Assembly (NCBI GenBank): GCA_026785645.1
Contig: JAJAZM010000050.1
Location: 1 to 43,232 of the forward strand
Source: Sphingomonas bacterium
GTDB lineage: Bacteria; Pseudomonadota; Alphaproteobacteria; Sphingomonadales; Sphingomonadaceae
Length of the DNA stretch: 43,232 nucleotides
Direction: 5' to 3'
Shown: positions 37,748 to 43,232 of the stretch, piece after piece
Layout of the letters: each line of letters starts with the position of its first letter
How positions within the stretch are numbered: position 1 is the stretch's first letter
Notes under the pieces: generated by a model
The model's input: the letters and a program-made list of their open reading frames with translations, nothing else
Databases searched by the model: none
Told to the model about the DNA's origin: nothing
Program-made: the position numbers and the translations under genes

Positions 37748-38236
37748 ATGAGCAGCGCGGCACCCATTCCCGATTGTTTTGTAGACGAACCGCCGGTCGC
37801 GGCCGAGGTTGCGCGCGGGGTGACTCGGCTATTTTGCCGTCGCGACTGGTTCGCAATGTGTGAAGTGCCGCTGCCCAACGGGCGCCGTGCCGACCTCGTC
37901 GCAATCGATCCCAAGGGGCATCTGACAATCGTCGAGATCAAGGTCAGTCGCGCCGATTTGGTCGGCGATTGCAAATGGCGCGACTATCTCGACTATTGCG
38001 ACCGCTTCTACTGGGCCGTCCCGCAATCGCTGCGCGGCTTGCTCGACGAGGCAAATTTCCTTCCCGACGAAGCCGGACTGCTGGTCGCGGATCGCTATGA
38101 TGCCGCGGTCCATCGCGAAGCGCTGCTGCGCCCGCTCAATCCTGCCCGGCGGAAGGCCGAATGGCTCAATCTCGCGCGGCGCGCGGCACGGCGACTGTCG
38201 GCGCAAATTGATCCGACGCTCGGCTTCGGCTCCTAG
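37748..38236 (+). CDS. mmcB: MmcB-family DNA repair protein (PD-(D/E)xK-like)
   Basis: EVPLPNGRRAD, IVEIKVSRAD and KWRDYLDYCDRFYWAV motifs. Upstream LexA box. Confidence 0.9.
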   Translation: MSSAAPIPDCFVDEPPVAAEVARGVTRLFCRRDWFAMCEVPLPNGRRADLVAIDPKGHLTIVEIKVSRADLVGDCKWRDYLDYCDRFYWAVPQSLRGLLDEANFLPDEAGLLVADRYDAAVHREALLRPLNPARRKAEWLNLARRAARRLSAQIDPTLGFGS

Positions 38237-38850
38237 CGTACGGGCGCCGACTCGCTGACGTTGGACGCGCGCGACTTCACCGTCTCGATCAATTTGAGCA
38301 TGTCCTTCGTCCGCGAGTCGCGATTTGCATAGTCGCGTGCGGAAAATCCCGCGGCATGATCCTTCCGATCGGGATTCGCGCCCAATTTGAGCAAGGTGCT
38401 GACGATAGCTGTCTGGCGCTGCTGCACCGCAACGATCAACGCCGTCTCGCCCAGGCGGTTGCCCTTGTCGACCTGCGCCCCGCTCATCAGCAGGCGGGCA
38501 ACGCCTTCGCCATAGCCGGTTCGCGCAGCGAGGATCAGCGGGGTATCGCCTTTCTTGTCGCCGGCATCCTTGTCGGCACCATTGGACAGGAGATAGCCGA
38601 CCCAATTGCTGTTGCGGGTACGGATGACGATGTGCAGCGCGGTCGCGCCATCGTCGCCGCGATGATTGACGATTGAGGGACCACCGTCCTCGATGATCTT
38701 CAGCGCCTTGCTGCCATTGGATTCCCGAAGTGCGGTCAGCAACTCGTCGCCTTTGGATGTGATTCCCTGGCTCACTGCGGGGCTTGCCACCAGCCCCAGA
38801 CCAAGCGCCACCGCCAATAGGCCAATTGTTGCTCGTTTCATCACGTTCAT
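38233..38850 (-). CDS. Exported ankyrin repeat protein
   Basis: Signal peptide, then GATALH, GDTPLI and GETALI ankyrin repeats. Confidence 0.9.
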   Translation of the reverse strand: MNVMKRATIGLLAVALGLGLVASPAVSQGITSKGDELLTALRESNGSKALKIIEDGGPSIVNHRGDDGATALHIVIRTRNSNWVGYLLSNGADKDAGDKKGDTPLILAARTGYGEGVARLLMSGAQVDKGNRLGETALIVAVQQRQTAIVSTLLKLGANPDRKDHAAGFSARDYANRDSRTKDMLKLIETVKSRASNVSESAPVR

Positions 38851-38891
38851 TCGCCCCGCTATAATCCTTGATCCGCTGATAATGCCCGCCC

Positions 38892-39344
38892 ATGGCTACA
38901 CCGGCGATGAACGGACGGAAACCTTTTTGGGAACAACCCCTGGCGAGCCTTGACCGCGGCGAGTGGGAAGCGCTGTGCGACGGCTGTGGTCGCTGCTGTC
39001 TGCACAAGCTCGAGGATGAGGACACCGGCGAGCTCCATGCCACCAATGTTGCGTGCAAATTGCTTGATCGCCGCACTGGCCGATGCGGGAATTATGCAAT
39101 CCGCAAATCCTTAGTCGACGATTGCGTCCAGCTCGAACGCGGCCGGCTCGACAAGCTCAACTGGCTGCCATCGACCTGCGCCTACCGGCTGCGCGCTGCC
39201 GATGAGCCGCTCAAGGAGTGGCATTATCTGATCTCGGGGAGCCGCGAATCGGTCCATGAAGCAGACCAATCGACCCGCGGTTGGACAGTTAGCGAGGTTG
39301 ATGCTGGCGAGTTGGAATGGCACCTTGTCGACCGACCGCTCTAA
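38892..39344 (+). CDS. YcgN-family cysteine cluster protein
   Basis: EWEALCDGCGRCCLHKLED and WLPSTCAYR motifs. Confidence 0.9.
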   Translation: MATPAMNGRKPFWEQPLASLDRGEWEALCDGCGRCCLHKLEDEDTGELHATNVACKLLDRRTGRCGNYAIRKSLVDDCVQLERGRLDKLNWLPSTCAYRLRAADEPLKEWHYLISGSRESVHEADQSTRGWTVSEVDAGELEWHLVDRPL

Positions 39345-40062
39345 GGGAATCGCGACTGACGGCGCGGCGCTCGATCACCCCGGCCTGCCGTGGCCGATCG
39401 CGATCCGCCATCATCCCCGGGCCCGACGGATGAGGTTGCGGCTGGACCCCGACAATCGCCGCTTACTGCTGACTTGTCCGCCACGATCAAGCCGCAAGGC
39501 GGCGATCGACTGGGCGGTCGACCAGCGGCCCTGGGTCGAATCCGAACTGGCCAAGCTTCCCCCGGGCAATCCGTTCGCGCCGGGCGAGCATATCCCGCTC
39601 GAAGGCGTCGAGGTGCTGCTCGAAAGGCTGCCCGGGCAGTCGCGGATCGTGCATCATGATGACGGTAACCGCTTGGTCTGCGGCGGCCCGCCGGATGGCT
39701 TCGGACAGCGGATCGAGGCGTGGCTCAAGCGTCGCGCGCGCGATCTGCTTTCGGCCGAGACCGCCGAGATCGCGCGGCGCGCCGGGGTTACCGTCCGAGG
39801 CGTCAGTATCGGCGACGCCTCGTCGCGTTGGGGTAGCTGCTCGGAGTCGGGCGCGATCCGTTACAATTGGCGATTAATCCTCGCGCCGCCCGATGTTCGT
39901 CGCTGGGTGGTCGCGCATGAAGTCGCGCATCGGGTGCACATGAATCACGGTGCTGCGTTCAAGGCGCTCGAAGCAGCGTTGTTCGACGGCGACGTGGACT
40001 CCGCGCGATCAGCCCTGCGGCTGGTCGGGCCGCGGCTCAAGCGGGTCGGGCGCGGGCTCTGA
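39325..40062 (+). CDS. YgjP/DUF45 (M48-like) zinc metalloprotease
   Basis: SRWGSCS, YNWRLILAP and VVAHEVAHRVHMNH motifs. Start uncertain (TTG 39325 chosen). Confidence 0.85.
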   Translation: MSTDRSKGIATDGAALDHPGLPWPIAIRHHPRARRMRLRLDPDNRRLLLTCPPRSSRKAAIDWAVDQRPWVESELAKLPPGNPFAPGEHIPLEGVEVLLERLPGQSRIVHHDDGNRLVCGGPPDGFGQRIEAWLKRRARDLLSAETAEIARRAGVTVRGVSIGDASSRWGSCSESGAIRYNWRLILAPPDVRRWVVAHEVAHRVHMNHGAAFKALEAALFDGDVDSARSALRLVGPRLKRVGRGL

Positions 40063-42099
40063 CCGCGGCGGTTGCGGGGGTTGCGGCGGCGGGCGTTGCT
40101 GCTCGCGCTCGGGCGGCGGGCTATTGAAGATCCGGTCGAGTTCGGACTGGTCGGGACCGCCGGGACCCGAGACTCCGCCGGTGGCCATCGGATCGGTCGG
40201 CTGCGGGCCGATTGGATTGCCATTTTCATCGACCAGGGGCGGGCTGATCCCGTCCTGATAGGGCAGGCCCCATGTTTCTTCGTCGGGCTCGAGCTGCCAG
40301 TCGGGCAACGGCACGTCGGTTTCAAACTTCTGCACCGGGCGATTGGCCACCGCGATGCGCATGAAGTCGGCAAAGGCGCGTGCCGGGGCGGTGCCGCCCT
40401 GAAGCCCGGCAACGGCCTTGGCATCGTCGCGGCCCATCCACACCCCGGTGGTCAGTCCGCTCGAAAAACCGATGAACCAACCGTCCTTGTTAGAGGTGGT
40501 AGTGCCGGTCTTGCCCGCGACCGGGCGGCCGATCTGGGCAGCACGGCCGGTGCCGCTAAGCACCGCCGACTGAAGCAGATCGGTCATCCCGGCTGCGACC
40601 CACGGCGCGACCAGCACGCGCTCTTCGACGCGCTCATGCTGGTAAAGCAAGCGTCCGTCGGCCGACACCACCTTGCGGATCGCATAGGGCATCACCGACA
40701 CCCCGCGATTGCCGACAGAGGCGAAGGCGCGAGTCATGTCGATCAACCGCACGTCGCTGGTACCGAGCACCATCGAGGGATAGGTCGAGATGTTGGTGCC
40801 GACCCCGAACCGCCGCGCCATGTCAGCGATCGTCCCGAAGCCCAATTCGGCGCCGATCTTGGCGCTGATGGTGTTGATCGACCGCGAAAAGGCTTCACGT
40901 ACCGACACCGGGCCGGCAAAACTTCGGGTCGAGTTGCGCGGTTTCCAGCCATCGACCTCGAACGGTGCGTCGACGATCGTATCGGTCGGTTTGCGACCCG
41001 CTTCGAGTGCCGCCAGGTAGACGAAGATCTTAAACGCCGATCCAGGTTGCCGTTCGGCTTGCGTGGCGCGATTGTAGAGCGAGGTGACGTAATCGCGGCC
41101 GCCGACCATCGCCCGCACCGCGCCGTCGCGATCGATCGACACCAATGCGCCTTGCGCTCCGCTCGGGGCATTGGCGTTGATCGCTCGATCGGCGGCAGCC
41201 TGCATCCGCGGGTCGAGCGTCGTCCACACGTCGATCGGCTCTGACGTCTCGTCGATCAATGTGTCGAGCTGGGGCAATGCCCAATCGGTGAAGTAACGGG
41301 CGCTGTTCTGCTTGGCCGCTGGCTGGACCCGGATCCGCGCGGCGTCGACCTGGGCGCTTGGCGACAGGAAGCCATTGTCGATCATCGACTTGATCACCAC
41401 CCCGGCGCGGCCGCGCGCGGCGTCGACATCGGCGGTCGGCGAATAGTTGGACGGTGCCTTGACCAGCCCGGCAATGATCGCCGCTTCGCCAAGGCTGAGA
41501 TTGTCCGCGCCATGGCCGTAAAACGTCCGGCTGGCGGCGTCGATGCCATAAGCGCCGCCGCCGAAATAGACCCGGTTGAGATACAGCTCGAGGATCTGGT
41601 CCTTGCTGAACTTGCGCTCGATGGCCAGCGCCAGAACGCCTTCCTTGACCTTGCGCCCGAAGGTGCGGCTGTTGGTCAGGAAGATGTTGCGCGCCAATTG
41701 CTGGGTGATGGTCGATCCGCCCTGCTTCCACTGGCCGGTGTCGAACCGCACCTTGATTGATCGCGCCATGCCGATCGGGTCGACTCCCAAATGTCCGCGG
41801 AAGCGCTTGTCTTCGACCGAGATCATCGCTGCGCGCATTGTCGCCGGAATCTTGTCATAAGGCAGCCACTGGCCGAAGCTCGGTCCCATCGTCACCAGCA
41901 CGGTGCCGTCGACGGCGCGCACTCGGATCATCTGGCCAAGGTCGTTGCGCTGCGTCAGCTCGTCATAATCGGGCAGTGACGTCATCGCCACGCCAACCGC
42001 GACGATCAGCGCAAGCAGCCCGAGACCAGCAGCGGCAAGGCCATATTTGAGGACCGTGACCAAGCGCGAGCCGATGGTTTTTGGGGAGGAACTAGCCAT
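40009..42099 (-). CDS. Class A penicillin-binding protein (PBP1A family)
   Basis: Transglycosylase EDKRF, GGSTITQQLARN and LELYLN motifs. Transpeptidase SAFK, SIN and KTGT motifs. Pro-rich tail. Confidence 0.95.
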   Translation of the reverse strand: MASSSPKTIGSRLVTVLKYGLAAAGLGLLALIVAVGVAMTSLPDYDELTQRNDLGQMIRVRAVDGTVLVTMGPSFGQWLPYDKIPATMRAAMISVEDKRFRGHLGVDPIGMARSIKVRFDTGQWKQGGSTITQQLARNIFLTNSRTFGRKVKEGVLALAIERKFSKDQILELYLNRVYFGGGAYGIDAASRTFYGHGADNLSLGEAAIIAGLVKAPSNYSPTADVDAARGRAGVVIKSMIDNGFLSPSAQVDAARIRVQPAAKQNSARYFTDWALPQLDTLIDETSEPIDVWTTLDPRMQAAADRAINANAPSGAQGALVSIDRDGAVRAMVGGRDYVTSLYNRATQAERQPGSAFKIFVYLAALEAGRKPTDTIVDAPFEVDGWKPRNSTRSFAGPVSVREAFSRSINTISAKIGAELGFGTIADMARRFGVGTNISTYPSMVLGTSDVRLIDMTRAFASVGNRGVSVMPYAIRKVVSADGRLLYQHERVEERVLVAPWVAAGMTDLLQSAVLSGTGRAAQIGRPVAGKTGTTTSNKDGWFIGFSSGLTTGVWMGRDDAKAVAGLQGGTAPARAFADFMRIAVANRPVQKFETDVPLPDWQLEPDEETWGLPYQDGISPPLVDENGNPIGPQPTDPMATGGVSGPGGPDQSELDRIFNSPPPEREQQRPPPQPPQPPRSEPAPDPLEPRPDQPQG

Positions 42100-42141
42100 T
42101 CGCGATCAAGCGATAGGAACAAGCCGGGGTCGCGGCAAGAG

Positions 42142-42591
42142 TCAGTCGCCGCCGCCGTCGCTATCGCTGTTAGCCCGATCCGCTCCAGCCTCATCTGCGG
42201 TAAAGTCGAGCGACGCCGAATTGATGCAGTAACGCAGCCCCTTGAACCCCGGACCGTCGGGGAAGACGTGGCCGAGATGGCCTTCGCATTTGGCGCATTT
42301 GACCTCGGTCCGAGTCATTCCGTGGCTGACGTCATGATGCTCGTCAACCGCTTCGCCACCCATTGGCGCGGTGAAGCTCGGCCAACCGCTGCCGCTGTCA
42401 TATTTGTCGTCGCTGCGGAACAACGGTGCCCCGCATCCAGCGCACACATAATCGCCTTGTGCCTTGTTGCTGTTGAGCGGACCGGTCCATGCCGGCTCGG
42501 TGCCGCCCTCGCGCAGCACGCGATATTGTTCCGGGGTCAGTTTCGAGCGCCAGTCGATGCCCTGAATGTCGCGGTCGTCGGGGATGGTCAT
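42142..42591 (-). CDS. msrB: Peptide-methionine (R)-S-oxide reductase
   Basis: [26 protein letters not shown] and RYCINS motifs. Confidence 0.96.
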   Translation of the reverse strand: MTIPDDRDIQGIDWRSKLTPEQYRVLREGGTEPAWTGPLNSNKAQGDYVCAGCGAPLFRSDDKYDSGSGWPSFTAPMGGEAVDEHHDVSHGMTRTEVKCAKCEGHLGHVFPDGPGFKGLRYCINSASLDFTADEAGADRANSDSDGGGD

Positions 42592-42616
42592 GAGGTGGCT
42601 CCTGAAGCAAAATTGG

Positions 42617-42635
42617 TGAAGCGGGGCTTAACCAT
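42617..42635 (+). promoter_or_regulatory. Probable CtrA box
   Basis: TGAA-gcggggc-TTAACCAT, one mismatch from TTAA-N7-TTAA and containing the TTAACCAT half-site. Confidence 0.5.
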
Positions 42636-42666
42636 CTTTTCATCCCTGCCCAATAGGCTGGCGCAC

Positions 42667-43197
42667 ATGTCGGGCCTGCGTTTTGCCCTGTTGTCGCCAA
42701 TCGCCCTGCTTGCCGGGGCATTTGCCATGCCCGGTCGGGCACCGGCGCAATGCCGGTTGTGCGACACGCCAACCACGGTTCCCGATCAGTCCAGCGCGTC
42801 GATGACGATCCGGCTCGAAGTCCAGGCGCGGCTTGATTTCGACCAGATTCTGCTGCTCAATTCGGCGTCGTCGGGAACCGCGCGAATCGCCCCCGACGGA
42901 TCAAGCTCGACCAGCGGATCGATCGGCGCGTTAAGCGGGCGGGCAATGGTCGGCAGCGTGATCGTCCGTGGCGAGCCGGGCCGACTGGTGCAAATCGGCT
43001 TTCCTGGTTCAATTCAGCTGTTTGGGCTGACCGGAAGCTCGATCCGGGTGCGCGCGCTGACTAGCGACCTGCCAAGCGCGGCGCGGCTCGATTCGCAAGG
43101 AATGCTGCGGTTCCGCTTCGGCGGCGAACTGGACGTGTCGGGCAATGTGGAAGGCGATTATCGCGGGGATATCCCGATCACCGTCGACTACCTTTAA
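42667..43197 (+). CDS. Secreted DUF4402-like (pilin/adhesin-like beta-sandwich) protein
   Basis: Signal peptide, AQCRLC, LDF, FRFGGEL and terminal GDYRGDIPITVDY motifs. Confidence 0.75.
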   Translation: MSGLRFALLSPIALLAGAFAMPGRAPAQCRLCDTPTTVPDQSSASMTIRLEVQARLDFDQILLLNSASSGTARIAPDGSSSTSGSIGALSGRAMVGSVIVRGEPGRLVQIGFPGSIQLFGLTGSSIRVRALTSDLPSAARLDSQGMLRFRFGGELDVSGNVEGDYRGDIPITVDYL

Positions 43198-43232
43198 CGC
43201 TTCCAGATGAGACTGGTCCGATCCGGACCAAA

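Overview
High-GC alphaproteobacterial chromosome segment whose gene order points to Sphingomonadaceae (inference). It spans the replication origin. Core part (~8-43 kb): tRNA-Gly(GCC), cnoX/ybbN, LON-N protein, UbiH-family hydroxylase, ftsK-lolA, xth-ribA, yggS, leuS-lptE-holA, mnmE-mnmG-rsmG-parA-parB with two parS sites, rho, hemJ-hemE, oriC, maf-aroE-coaE-dnaQ, hpf-ptsN, a SleB-type hydrolase, mmcB with a LexA box, a class A PBP and msrB. Accessory part (1-7.9 kb, against the tRNA-Gly 3' end): a serralysin-like RTX metalloprotease with its type I secretion ABC/MFP pair, plus two single genes for exported proteins. Each of those two genes is bracketed by same-orientation copies of a ~31-bp hairpin repeat (consensus ATGTCCGCTTTCsACCCAwwrCGGACATTAG). 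This repeat-bounded cassette layout is the best candidate for an undescribed system. Other notable items are a probable sRNA between lolA and xth, probable CTG starts for hemE and yggS, two homopolymer-linked frameshifts, a parS site inside rsmG, and a structured leader before the cell wall hydrolase. All calls come from reading the sequence by eye; no searches were run.
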